Source: Gammaproteobacteria bacterium
Lineage (GTDB): Bacteria > Pseudomonadota > Gammaproteobacteria > Eutrophobiales > Eutrophobiaceae
Reading direction: 5' to 3'
NCBI GenBank assembly: GCA_012103475.1
Contig: WLWS01000003.1
Location: 399,565 to 463,564 of the forward strand
DNA: 64,000 nt
In this document: one piece after another, positions 16,905-25,900 of the stretch
Layout of the letters: every line of letters starts with the position of its first letter
Numbering within the stretch: the stretch's first letter is position 1
Notes under the pieces: generated by a model
What the model saw: only the letters and a program-made list of their open reading frames with translations
Databases searched by the model: none
What the model was told of the DNA's origin: nothing
Made by a program: the position numbers and the translations under genes

Positions 16905-19900
16905 ATGAAACTGATTTTGAATGAAAAAATTGTGCGTAAAATAGTTTTTTCAGCAACATTACTAATTGGGTTTTACAGCCTGGCCGGCTTCTTGATTGCA
17001 CCATCTATTGTTAAAGGAATGTTAGTTGATTTTGTCGCTGATAACTCTGATGCGATTCTTCAAATAAAGAAAATTCGAATTAATCCCTTTACCCTGACGC
17101 TCGAAGCTAATGAAATTCAGTTATCTGACCGGAATCATATAGCACTCGCCAGAGTCACTGAAGTAGTTGCTAATCTTCAAGTGACAAGTGTTTTTACTGG
17201 TGTCTTAACTTTAAGCGATGTGATTATAAATGAGCCGCTTATCACTGTTAATTTTACTGAAGGTGAATATCAAAATTCTATTACACGGCGAGAAACCAAG
17301 GGTGACAAAGCAACTGAAACACCCGAGTTTGATATAGGCAAATTCCAATTATTGAATGGGAAGCTTCTTGTTGGGAACAAGCAGTCTGAAAACATGTTCA
17401 GTCAGTCTGTTAATAATATTTCTCTGAGTGTCAACGATATTGGTAATCGAATAGGAAATACGGGTGAGTATAGCCTCTCACTTGATGCTGAAAATGCGGG
17501 AAGGCTAAGTGTAAAGGGAGCTATAAGTCTTTTTCACCAAACAAGCATTGGTGAAGCGACTCTTAGCGGCGCACGAGTGGAAGCCTATGCTGCCTGGATA
17601 CCAGATCTCCGCGACCTGTCACCCGCAGGTACTGTCGATCTAAACTTGAACTATGCAGTTGAAAGGCAAAATCGACATTTGAAGATGAGTCTGGATCGCT
17701 TATCTGTCTTAATGGAACAAATTCAGTTATGGCCGCATGAGAACCTGCTTTTTGATCTGGAAAAACTGGATGTAGAGTCGGTGGTGAATATCGATATCAG
17801 TGACTCGATAGCAAGAGTAAGAATAGGCGGGGGAAGCGCGAATATGCTCAATGCGAGACTCATTGACACGGAGATAGACAAGAATATTGTCACTTTCCAG
17901 ACAACGCAATTGACTGGAGTAGCACTTGATACAGAACAAAAACAGCTGGAGATGTCTCTGGCGAAAATAGAGAATGGCGAATTGAGTCTGTCCCGTGATA
18001 ATGATGGGCAGATAGATTTGTATACCTATCTGAGTTTGCTAGAAAATGAAGGAGAAGGTAATTCAATTGTCGACAAACAAGCTGAAAGCAGCTGGTTATT
18101 TACCATCGAGAAAGCAATGTTGGATGACATCGCTATAAGTATTAATGATAAAGCGACAGAGCTGGAAAGTACGCATTATCTGACGGGTTTAACTCTTAAT
18201 GTTTCAACATTATCAAACCTTGCTGACTCGTCGAGTCAATTTGAACTTCAGGCCTTACTCAATCAGAAGGGAAAACTTTCGCTTCATGGTTGGTTTGATC
18301 TGGTAGAACTGAAATCGAAATTTGACGTAAGTCTTGAGGATCTCGAGCTACTGCCTTTCAATCCCTATCTGCGCGAGTACTCGAGGCTCAATATCACCAG
18401 GGGCAAGCTGTCCTTGCAAGCTCAGGTGAAAGCTGAAGAAGGTGAAGTTTCTGCACAAACAAGTATGGATGTGAGTCAGCTTGAATTCGACGGTTTGCAG
18501 AATGACAGGCGACTGGCTGCTGTTGAGAAGATCACCGTTGCGAATATGTTTCTGAAAGCCTTCCCACTATCCGCCAGTGTCGAGCTGGTAGAGCTTAATA
18601 AACCCTTTGCTTTCATTGAAATTGACGAGGCAAGTCATTTGAATGTAAGTGACTGGTTTACTATTGAAAAAGGAGAAGAGTCTGGTGCTGAGCGTCTTAA
18701 GGAAAGTGAAACCAGTAAAGCAGGAGAAATCAGTGTCGCTCGTATGAATATCAGTGATGGTAGTATTGATTTTCAGGATCTAACTCTGTCGCCCGGCTTA
18801 AGAACAAGGTTAACAGCACTTAATGGAGATTTTGCCGGAATTAACCTGGCAGAAAATGCAAAGCCTGTTGTGGCTGAGCTGGATGGTCGGGTAGGTGAAT
18901 TCGGAGTGGTCAACATTAAGTCTCAACTTCTACCTGCAGATCCTACTCAGGCAAGTGAAATTAATATGTCTATGAAAAATATAGACACAAGTCTGTTGTC
19001 ACCCTACGCAGGGCGTTTTGCTGGCAGGGCGATAAGCTCTGGCAAGCTTGATCTGGATCTTGATTACAAAATCAAATCCGGAACTGTTGCAGGTGAAAAT
19101 TCTATAATCCTGAAAGATTTGATACTTGGTGAACAGGTTGAAAGTAAAGAGGCCCTGGACTTGCCATTGGATATGGCAATCGCCTTATTGCAGGACAAGA
19201 ACGGAAAAATAGATGTCAGTATTCCGGTTTCGGGTGATTTGAATAATCCGAAGTTCGATCTCGCCGCGCTTATCCGAAAAGCCATTGGAAATATGATCGG
19301 CGGGATTGTTAAGGCTCCTTTTAAGGCTCTGGGGAATATTTTCGGTGGTAGCGATAAGGATCTCGATGGTATTCCGTTTGAACCCGGGATCGCGAAAATT
19401 ACTCCGCCGGCCGCCGAGGTCTTACAGACACTAAAGAAAATACTGGATGAGCGCCCGGCATTGGGACTGAAGATAAAGCAGGGCTTTGATCCCGTTCGTG
19501 ACCGTCAGGCCATTGCTGCTCTTACATTGCGAGAACGATTACAGGCGGAAACGGAAATCACTTCTACTGAATTTAATTCGGGCCCACTGTTATTTTCTGA
19601 TCCGCGAGTGCAAAAGGTAATATTACGTTTTGCCAAACGGGATTTCTCATCAGAAGATATTGAATTAATTCGGCAAAAAAGGGCTATTCCTGAGTTAGGA
19701 GAAGATAGTGAAGGTGAATTGCAAAGTGAATTTTATAAAAACTTATACGCAAAGTTGGTTAACTCTTTGACAGTTGCAGAAGAGCAATTAAAGGAGCTTT
19801 CTGAAATTCGCAGTCAGGCTATAACTGACTATTTGCTTGCAGAAGGAATTACAGTGGAACGAATCAGTTTAACTGATGGGGGAGCTGTAAAAAGTACTGC

Positions 19901-19946
19901 CGGCAAATGGGTAGCTGTCGAATTAGAACTTGTTCCGCTCAGATAG
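16905..19946 (+). CDS. DUF748-like large envelope protein (N-terminal membrane anchor)
   Basis: 1013 aa. The N-terminal TM segment (FSATLLIGFYSLAGFLIAP) is followed by ...ILQIKKIRINPFTLTLEANEIQLSD, which I recognise as the DUF748 start pattern. The long beta-rich body has no enzymatic motif. It starts 14 nt after the amidase stop. Confidence 0.55.
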   Translation: MKLILNEKIVRKIVFSATLLIGFYSLAGFLIAPSIVKGMLVDFVADNSDAILQIKKIRINPFTLTLEANEIQLSDRNHIALARVTEVVANLQVTSVFTGVLTLSDVIINEPLITVNFTEGEYQNSITRRETKGDKATETPEFDIGKFQLLNGKLLVGNKQSENMFSQSVNNISLSVNDIGNRIGNTGEYSLSLDAENAGRLSVKGAISLFHQTSIGEATLSGARVEAYAAWIPDLRDLSPAGTVDLNLNYAVERQNRHLKMSLDRLSVLMEQIQLWPHENLLFDLEKLDVESVVNIDISDSIARVRIGGGSANMLNARLIDTEIDKNIVTFQTTQLTGVALDTEQKQLEMSLAKIENGELSLSRDNDGQIDLYTYLSLLENEGEGNSIVDKQAESSWLFTIEKAMLDDIAISINDKATELESTHYLTGLTLNVSTLSNLADSSSQFELQALLNQKGKLSLHGWFDLVELKSKFDVSLEDLELLPFNPYLREYSRLNITRGKLSLQAQVKAEEGEVSAQTSMDVSQLEFDGLQNDRRLAAVEKITVANMFLKAFPLSASVELVELNKPFAFIEIDEASHLNVSDWFTIEKGEESGAERLKESETSKAGEISVARMNISDGSIDFQDLTLSPGLRTRLTALNGDFAGINLAENAKPVVAELDGRVGEFGVVNIKSQLLPADPTQASEINMSMKNIDTSLLSPYAGRFAGRAISSGKLDLDLDYKIKSGTVAGENSIILKDLILGEQVESKEALDLPLDMAIALLQDKNGKIDVSIPVSGDLNNPKFDLAALIRKAIGNMIGGIVKAPFKALGNIFGGSDKDLDGIPFEPGIAKITPPAAEVLQTLKKILDERPALGLKIKQGFDPVRDRQAIAALTLRERLQAETEITSTEFNSGPLLFSDPRVQKVILRFAKRDFSSEDIELIRQKRAIPELGEDSEGELQSEFYKNLYAKLVNSLTVAEEQLKELSEIRSQAITDYLLAEGITVERISLTDGGAVKSTAGKWVAVELELVPLR

Positions 19947-20559
19947 ACTGTAGATAGCTTAATACGTCTTTAAGGGGTAAGACATCAGCATAGCGCCTCT
20001 GTATGTCTCTCAGATTCGCATCGTGCGCCTCTTGTTCAACATCTCCAACACATTCCTGCGGCACGATGGTGCGCCAGCCATAGGAAAAACTGTCTACAAC
20101 CGACGCTCTTACACAACCGGAGGTGATACAGCCGCAGACGATTACGGTATCGACGCCATGCTTATTGAAGTAGGTTGGTACTGCTGAAGAAAAGAACATT
20201 GACGGCGCGTATTTATAAACCAGAAAATCATAATCTTTGTCGTAAATTCTGGGGTCCAGCTCGATGGCTTTACTTCCGTAAAAAAAATCACCGTTATACA
20301 TTGCCGGAATTTTCCAGTGCGGCATGTCTGCTTCGCTTTGAAAGGCCATCGCGCAAGTGGCAACCGGAATGTTTTTACTTCGTGCGAGTTCTAATAGAGG
20401 GGCAGTGTTTTCAATCGCAGCATCCACCAGCGGGGAGCCGCCCATGGGGAATTCATCTTTTATATAGCCTAGTTGGAAATCAACTACAGCTATCGCTGGC
20501 TTGCTGCCGAAACCGACCTCTTTACCGCCATAGCTACGTTTTTCATAGGCATCAGACAT
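19939..20559 (-). CDS. isochorismatase-family cysteine amidohydrolase (N-carbamoylsarcosine amidase / maleamate amidohydrolase-like)
   Basis: 206 aa. The Asp-Lys-Cys triad context is IAVVDFQ, VYKYAPSMF and VIVCGCITSGCVRAS. Confidence 0.8.
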   Translation of the reverse strand: MSDAYEKRSYGGKEVGFGSKPAIAVVDFQLGYIKDEFPMGGSPLVDAAIENTAPLLELARSKNIPVATCAMAFQSEADMPHWKIPAMYNGDFFYGSKAIELDPRIYDKDYDFLVYKYAPSMFFSSAVPTYFNKHGVDTVIVCGCITSGCVRASVVDSFSYGWRTIVPQECVGDVEQEAHDANLRDIQRRYADVLPLKDVLSYLQSI

Positions 20560-20561
20560 GT

Positions 20562-21830
20562 CTATTTGTCACGTTTAAAATAGCCGCGGGTATGGTCTTC
20601 CGTTTGTATGCCGCGGGCGTGCCGGCTGGCGAATTGTCGCCACATGGTCAGCTCAACATCAGGCTGAAATAGGCGTTCTCGTTGCCAGCCATCTTCTTTT
20701 TCATAATATTTTTGCATTTCCTCGCAAGCGAAGGCGTCATCCACGGTGAAGCCTTGTACGGCCGGCACTTCCCACATGATCCGGCCATCTTCTCCCATCC
20801 AACGCTCAGCTTCTTCTGCATCGTCCGTATGAATGACTCCGAATTGAAAATAGGTATGCACATCTTTACTCTTAGGCACGTAAAATTCGTAGTGCGTGCA
20901 CTGTGGTACCGGAAAGGTGGTGACTTTTAAGGAGCAGGGCATCCATAAGCCGACAGTACCCAGTCGAATAATCGCCGTCAGTTGATCAAGCTCCTCTTTA
21001 CTTTTACCTCTTGCCAGAGGCAGCATCAGTTCTTTCACGCTGCCGTCTTTCAGGGGTATTGAGGCTTCGTGATCAAAAGTGGTTTTTTCGACCTTACGGG
21101 TAAAACCTTTGGGGCCATCATCAGTTTCAACATAGCGTGTCGTATCAAGCACGTCTTCCTTGGTAGATGTGTAGCCATAGGAGGTGTGCATGCTTGCGTT
21201 GATACACATTTCTGACCAGTTGTGAATAAACTGATGGCCCGGATCATAACCATTCTCACAGCCAAGTCGCCAGTTGGCGTTAATATCATAAGGTTCACCG
21301 CAATACACCACGGCATTGTCATCAAGAAAACCGGGCGCCAGATCGTGAGACAGGGGAGGTGGTTCAATATCACCGACAAAGATAAAAACGACCCCTTTTG
21401 CTTCTTCAACCGGATAGATTTTTACCCCGCATTTACCAATCATTTTCGATTCGGGCGAGCTTAAAATAGTCCGCAGGCTGCCATCTTCGATATCAAAGGT
21501 CCAGGTGTGATACCAGCAGGTCAGGGTTTCTTTTGTATAAAATAAGGGTCGGGAGGAGAATCGGGTGCCGCGATGAGGACAACGGTCTTCCAGAGCATGA
21601 ATTTTTCCGTTCTGACGGGTGACCAGTACTTCTTCGCCGAGTAATTGAATTGCTTTTGAGTCACCTTCGGCAAGATCACGCGATAATGCGGCAGGGTACC
21701 AGTGGTTTCGAAAACCCCATTCCGCATCCAGCCAGTTCTGCCAGGGTTTTTTTGACTTCGCAGCTTTCGCCTTGGCCTGTTCTACATAGCCCTGAGTTTC
21801 CTCCAGCAAGCTTCTGGTAACGTCACTCAT
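20562..21830 (-). CDS. Rieske oxygenase of the CarAa / OxoO (carbazole 1,9a-dioxygenase / 2-oxoquinoline 8-monooxygenase) type, alpha-only class
   Basis: 422 aa. Rieske motif CPHRGT...CWYHTWTF. From memory, the blocks YPVEEAKGVVFIFVGDIEPPPL, ANWRLGCENGYDPGH, LWMPCSLKV..FP, YEFYVP and WRQFASRHARGIQT run parallel to CarAa. No beta subunit gene is adjacent. Confidence 0.78.
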   Translation of the reverse strand: MSDVTRSLLEETQGYVEQAKAKAAKSKKPWQNWLDAEWGFRNHWYPAALSRDLAEGDSKAIQLLGEEVLVTRQNGKIHALEDRCPHRGTRFSSRPLFYTKETLTCWYHTWTFDIEDGSLRTILSSPESKMIGKCGVKIYPVEEAKGVVFIFVGDIEPPPLSHDLAPGFLDDNAVVYCGEPYDINANWRLGCENGYDPGHQFIHNWSEMCINASMHTSYGYTSTKEDVLDTTRYVETDDGPKGFTRKVEKTTFDHEASIPLKDGSVKELMLPLARGKSKEELDQLTAIIRLGTVGLWMPCSLKVTTFPVPQCTHYEFYVPKSKDVHTYFQFGVIHTDDAEEAERWMGEDGRIMWEVPAVQGFTVDDAFACEEMQKYYEKEDGWQRERLFQPDVELTMWRQFASRHARGIQTEDHTRGYFKRDK

Positions 21831-21871
21831 GACGAAATCCCCTATTGCTGAAATTGTTGTTGGATAAAAAA

Positions 21872-22738
21872 CTACTTCAGAAGGTAGTCGATGTGCGCCT
21901 TGTTAAACTCTTCCATTTCTTCCCATTGTGGCCAGTGAGCGCTGTTCTCGAGTATGACGAGATCACTGTCGGGAATGAGTGCAGCGCCTTCTTCGGCAAG
22001 ATGAACGAGCTGACCCGGGTTGAAACGAGTCCACAAGACCAATGTCGGGCAGGAAAGCTTCTTCAGGAGCTCGGGGTTATACCATTTATCCTGCTCGACC
22101 GGATCAAGCAGTGCACCGATACTCTGTTCGGCTATGGTGCGGATGACATCTGCGCGGCCGGGTTGTTGATATATCTGGTAGCGTACTTCAACAATTTCAT
22201 CAGTAACGTCCTTGTCATCGTGCATGAGCCAGCTGATGCGTTGTCGAATCATCTCGCGGTTTGGAGTACCGGAAGCCTTGCGCGAACGATCAAGCAGTTC
22301 CTGTAGCTCAGCAGAGCCTTTTTCATCCGGCGGCAACATCATTCCGGTGTTCATAACGATCTTGTTCACACGGTCGGGATAGGCCAGTGCAAACCAGGAA
22401 GCGACAGTAGCTCCCAGAGATTCACCAGATATATGAGCTTTATCAGCGCCAATCGCATCCAGAAAGTCGCGCATAAAATCGACATAACATTGCATGTCAT
22501 AACTGATATCAGGCGCATCACTGTAACCATGACCAACCATATCAATCGCATAAACGTGAAAGTGTTTGGCGTGAGCTTCAATGTTCTTTAAATAAGCTTC
22601 AGCGTGGCCACCTGTGCCATGCAGTAGTATCAGAACCGGACCTTCGCCCGCTTCTATGGCACGGGTCATGACGCCACCCGCGTTGTAATAGCTTTGTTTG
22701 AATTCAAGCCCTTGCAAATGATTCCATATTGATGTCAT
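21872..22738 (-). CDS. alpha/beta-fold meta-cleavage-product (C-C bond) hydrolase, BphD/CarC-like
   Basis: 288 aa. GPVLILLHGTGGHAEAY, nucleophile elbow HISGESLGA and C-terminal ENSAHWPQWE are typical of MCP hydrolases. Confidence 0.8.
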   Translation of the reverse strand: MTSIWNHLQGLEFKQSYYNAGGVMTRAIEAGEGPVLILLHGTGGHAEAYLKNIEAHAKHFHVYAIDMVGHGYSDAPDISYDMQCYVDFMRDFLDAIGADKAHISGESLGATVASWFALAYPDRVNKIVMNTGMMLPPDEKGSAELQELLDRSRKASGTPNREMIRQRISWLMHDDKDVTDEIVEVRYQIYQQPGRADVIRTIAEQSIGALLDPVEQDKWYNPELLKKLSCPTLVLWTRFNPGQLVHLAEEGAALIPDSDLVILENSAHWPQWEEMEEFNKAHIDYLLK

Positions 22739-22759
22739 GTCTTTTTCTCTTTTTAGTTA

Positions 22760-23668
22760 TTATTTTCTTGCGGCGGCATCCTCATTCGCTTCGGGTGGAA
22801 GCTGATGATTGTGTCCCCATATTTTCGGTGAATTGTAGAGTTTCGGTTCCCATATCTCATCATCAATCAAAGTGCCACCATAACCATACTCGATAAGCCA
22901 GTTTGATGGAGTATAAAGATAAAATGACGTGGTTAAATCATTTGTATGCTTGCCATAGGTGAATGCGACAGGATATTTCTTTTCTTCGACTACATCATAA
23001 GCCCGGCCGACATCATCTGCACTGTTTGCTTCCAGCATGAAGTGCCCAAGATCGCCATTTTTCATCGGTCCTACGGTATTCATGATAGCGAGACTGTGAT
23101 GGCGGGGGTTGCAATGCATAAATGTTGCTTCTATGCCATCCCAGTAGATGTGATCGCTCAGTGTTAACCCAAGTATGTTCTGGTACCAGTCCAGTGTGCT
23201 TTCACGGTTCGCAGAGGCAAGGACCACATGGCCCATACCCAGATCCTCAGTATTAAAACCACTGCGTCCGTCTGCCTGATTAAAGGGGACATAGTCCTGC
23301 ACCGGGCCGAAAAATATTTCGTTTTGTACACCGTCAGGACCTTCAATGATATACAAATCCATCACGGCCCGTTCTGCCTTGAGCTTGCTGTCGGCGTGAG
23401 TAATCTTCACACCTTTGTCTTTTAAGTCAGCGGCGAAGTCATCAAGTTCGTCCTGAGTCTCAACTTCCCAGCCGATGTAATCCAGTTTGTCCTGACTGGA
23501 CTTATACAGACTGAGACGATGATGGTTGTCGTCTATACGATATTGCAGAGTTTTTTTCGGACTATCGTTACGCTTTTGCAGAGCAAAGACCTCAAACATC
23601 AATTTCTCCCAGGCTTTGCTATCACTTATTGAGCAGCCGATATATCCCAGAGCTTTCACAGGTGTCAT
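22760..23668 (-). CDS. type I extradiol ring-cleavage dioxygenase (2,3-dihydroxybiphenyl 1,2-dioxygenase / BphC-like, two-domain VOC fold)
   Basis: 302 aa. LGYIGCSISD start, GMGHVVL, FMHCNPRHHSLA, GHFMLEA, YGKHTNDLTTSFY and IEYGYG match BphC family metal-ligand blocks. Confidence 0.86.
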   Translation of the reverse strand: MTPVKALGYIGCSISDSKAWEKLMFEVFALQKRNDSPKKTLQYRIDDNHHRLSLYKSSQDKLDYIGWEVETQDELDDFAADLKDKGVKITHADSKLKAERAVMDLYIIEGPDGVQNEIFFGPVQDYVPFNQADGRSGFNTEDLGMGHVVLASANRESTLDWYQNILGLTLSDHIYWDGIEATFMHCNPRHHSLAIMNTVGPMKNGDLGHFMLEANSADDVGRAYDVVEEKKYPVAFTYGKHTNDLTTSFYLYTPSNWLIEYGYGGTLIDDEIWEPKLYNSPKIWGHNHQLPPEANEDAAARK

Positions 23669-23693
23669 TGCGATTTCCTATAATAAATTATGC

Positions 23694-25013
23694 TTATAAA
23701 TTTAACTCGTCACGTGAACGGGTACATGAATCTATAATAATATAAATAATTTGTTTGATTGGGTCGATGAGATCCGGAATAAAAGCTACGCCCATGCCAC
23801 CCAGACCTTCAGCAAACTCTTCCGGCATCTCTTTTTCACCGATATACGGGTAGCCGACTCTGACCAGAGGAATACCCAGCTGACAGATTGTAGCGGCATC
23901 TGTCTGGCCGGACATCAGGGCTGCGCCGGGGTAGGCTTTCTGATTCACTTCTTCCCAGGAGCGCCGGGCACTTTGTACAACCCAGTGCTGAGGATCGGTT
24001 CTGGAACCCTGACAGCTGACAGTCATTTCCCAGTCTGCTTTAATTTCAGGGTATTTACTCAAAATATCGCGCATGGCCGAAGAGAATTCTGCTTCGATTT
24101 CGGCCATTTTTTGATCCGGATTAGTGCGCAGGTCGATATAAATTTCACATGCCGCACCCGGGAACGCGGGTTTGTCCGGCCAGCCGGAGCGCAGCGCGGC
24201 AATCCAGCCTTCAGGCTTGATTTGTTCAGAAGTATGCCGATCCGGATAGGCGGCAAGCCATTCTTCCAGTTCGAGTATGAGTCTGGCCGCAGGTACGATT
24301 GAACTGTCGAAGCCAGGAGTGCCTCGCGGTATTCCGGCATAACCCATGCTTCCCCAGACGGTGATCTTGAACCAGGTCATACCGGGGTGTTCGTGATAAA
24401 CCTCACACCAGGGTTTGAATATAACGCCCATATCGGCAGTCACGCCATGTGACAGCATATGCATCACGCCACTGCTGATACCGGTGTGATTTCTATCCTC
24501 AGAGACCCACGGCATGCCGCCACCGGCAGAACCGACGATAACGTCGCCCAGCAAGGGTATATCTGCCTGCTTAACACAGTGGGCAGCTTCGGTAAGAGAG
24601 GCGATCATGGATTTCGGGTTGGAAGCACCAAGACCAATTACAGTCTCGCCTCTTACCTGAGCCTGCGGAATCATATCGTCACGTAATTGAGGGCCGACCC
24701 AGGGTACGTCAATGTCTACCTCTCCATCCAGATGAGTATCAATCGGTGCATACAGTAGCAGATTGGCACCGTCGCCACTTCCCTTGAGGCGACCGATACA
24801 GTTGCCACTATTTTCGTTCACAGGCTGATAGCGTGCATTGAAGTTCGCCTGAGACAGATAATCCGCCAGAAACTGGCTTGCCTGTTTTTCCTGCCCGGTA
24901 GGACTGTGAATGTCAGTCAGATCAAACACCAGTTGTTTAAGGCGCGCTGCGTCGATGCAGGCACAGGCCTTTTCGTACCATCGGCGTTGTTCTTCACTGA
25001 AATTTGAGCTCAT
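23694..25013 (-). CDS. M20/M25/M40-family metallohydrolase (ArgE/DapE/aminoacylase-like)
   Basis: The ORF is open to 25049, but the ATG at 25013 (MSSNFSEEQ...) lies 1 nt after the SDR stop. LTDIHSPTGQEKQ, LLLYAPIDTHLDGE and a central dimerisation-type insert fit the family. The assignment is moderately certain. Confidence 0.6.
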   Translation of the reverse strand: MSSNFSEEQRRWYEKACACIDAARLKQLVFDLTDIHSPTGQEKQASQFLADYLSQANFNARYQPVNENSGNCIGRLKGSGDGANLLLYAPIDTHLDGEVDIDVPWVGPQLRDDMIPQAQVRGETVIGLGASNPKSMIASLTEAAHCVKQADIPLLGDVIVGSAGGGMPWVSEDRNHTGISSGVMHMLSHGVTADMGVIFKPWCEVYHEHPGMTWFKITVWGSMGYAGIPRGTPGFDSSIVPAARLILELEEWLAAYPDRHTSEQIKPEGWIAALRSGWPDKPAFPGAACEIYIDLRTNPDQKMAEIEAEFSSAMRDILSKYPEIKADWEMTVSCQGSRTDPQHWVVQSARRSWEEVNQKAYPGAALMSGQTDAATICQLGIPLVRVGYPYIGEKEMPEEFAEGLGGMGVAFIPDLIDPIKQIIYIIIDSCTRSRDELNL

Positions 25014-25014
25014 C

Positions 25015-25755
25015 TCATGCACCACCGGTAAGTTCCAAAGCGTGGCCATTTACGTATGAGGCCTTTGCCGAACTTAACCAGAGCACAGCTTCCGCCACTT
25101 CTTCCGCTCCGGTCAGTCGACCCATAGGCAGAGATTGGGCAAAACCATTTTTTACGTCAGCGTCGCCACCGAAAATTCTGTCCAGTAGAGGCGTATCCAC
25201 GGCACCGGGGCAAACCGCATTAACACGAATATTGTCACCGGCGTATTCAAGAGCTGCAGTTCGTGTCAGTCCCATTACGCCATGCGCTGCTGCGCAATAG
25301 GCACCGTACTGTGCAAATCCTACCAGGCCCCAATTCCCTGCCATATTGACAATGGCACCACCACCCTGAGCCTGCATGTGTTTCAGCTCGAATTTCATAC
25401 AACGCCAGACGCCGCTAAGTTTAATATCGAGCATAAGCTGCCAGTCGGCCTCATCAATTTCGTCAACCTTCGCAGCAACACCTTCCCAGCCAGCATTATT
25501 AAATGCCACATCCAGCCGGCCATAAGCTGAAACAGCCTGCCTGCCCAGCTCTTCAATCGACTCAGGTTGAGTCAGATCGCAGGGGATAAAAAGCCCATCA
25601 CTGCCTGCATCGCTGATTTTGTTCAATATCGACTCTGCGGCATCGGCGTTACGACCACTGATGATGATTTTATCACCGCGTTTGGCGAAGGCGATTGCGC
25701 TTGCCTCTCCAATACTTCCAGTACCACCTACGATCAGGATTATTTTACCGCTCAT
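25015..25755 (-). CDS. short-chain dehydrogenase/reductase (SDR) family protein with a non-canonical active site
   Basis: 246 aa. Rossmann GGTGSIGEA, NNAG and IRVNAVCPG are present. The Ser position reads NMAGNWG and the YxxxK reads YCAAAH, so the Ser and Lys of the catalytic tetrad are not conserved. Confidence 0.85.
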   Translation of the reverse strand: MSGKIILIVGGTGSIGEASAIAFAKRGDKIIISGRNADAAESILNKISDAGSDGLFIPCDLTQPESIEELGRQAVSAYGRLDVAFNNAGWEGVAAKVDEIDEADWQLMLDIKLSGVWRCMKFELKHMQAQGGGAIVNMAGNWGLVGFAQYGAYCAAAHGVMGLTRTAALEYAGDNIRVNAVCPGAVDTPLLDRIFGGDADVKNGFAQSLPMGRLTGAEEVAEAVLWLSSAKASYVNGHALELTGGA

Positions 25756-25900
25756 ATCTATTATTTATGTAAGTCGAATACTCAGGACGGGGCTTGCCTT
25801 CAAGCATATAAAACTTTCGAACGAATTAGAATGGTAAATTCACCACGTTATATTGAGGAAAGATTGTTGCGGCACAGCATTTACTGAAATACCTGCCTGA

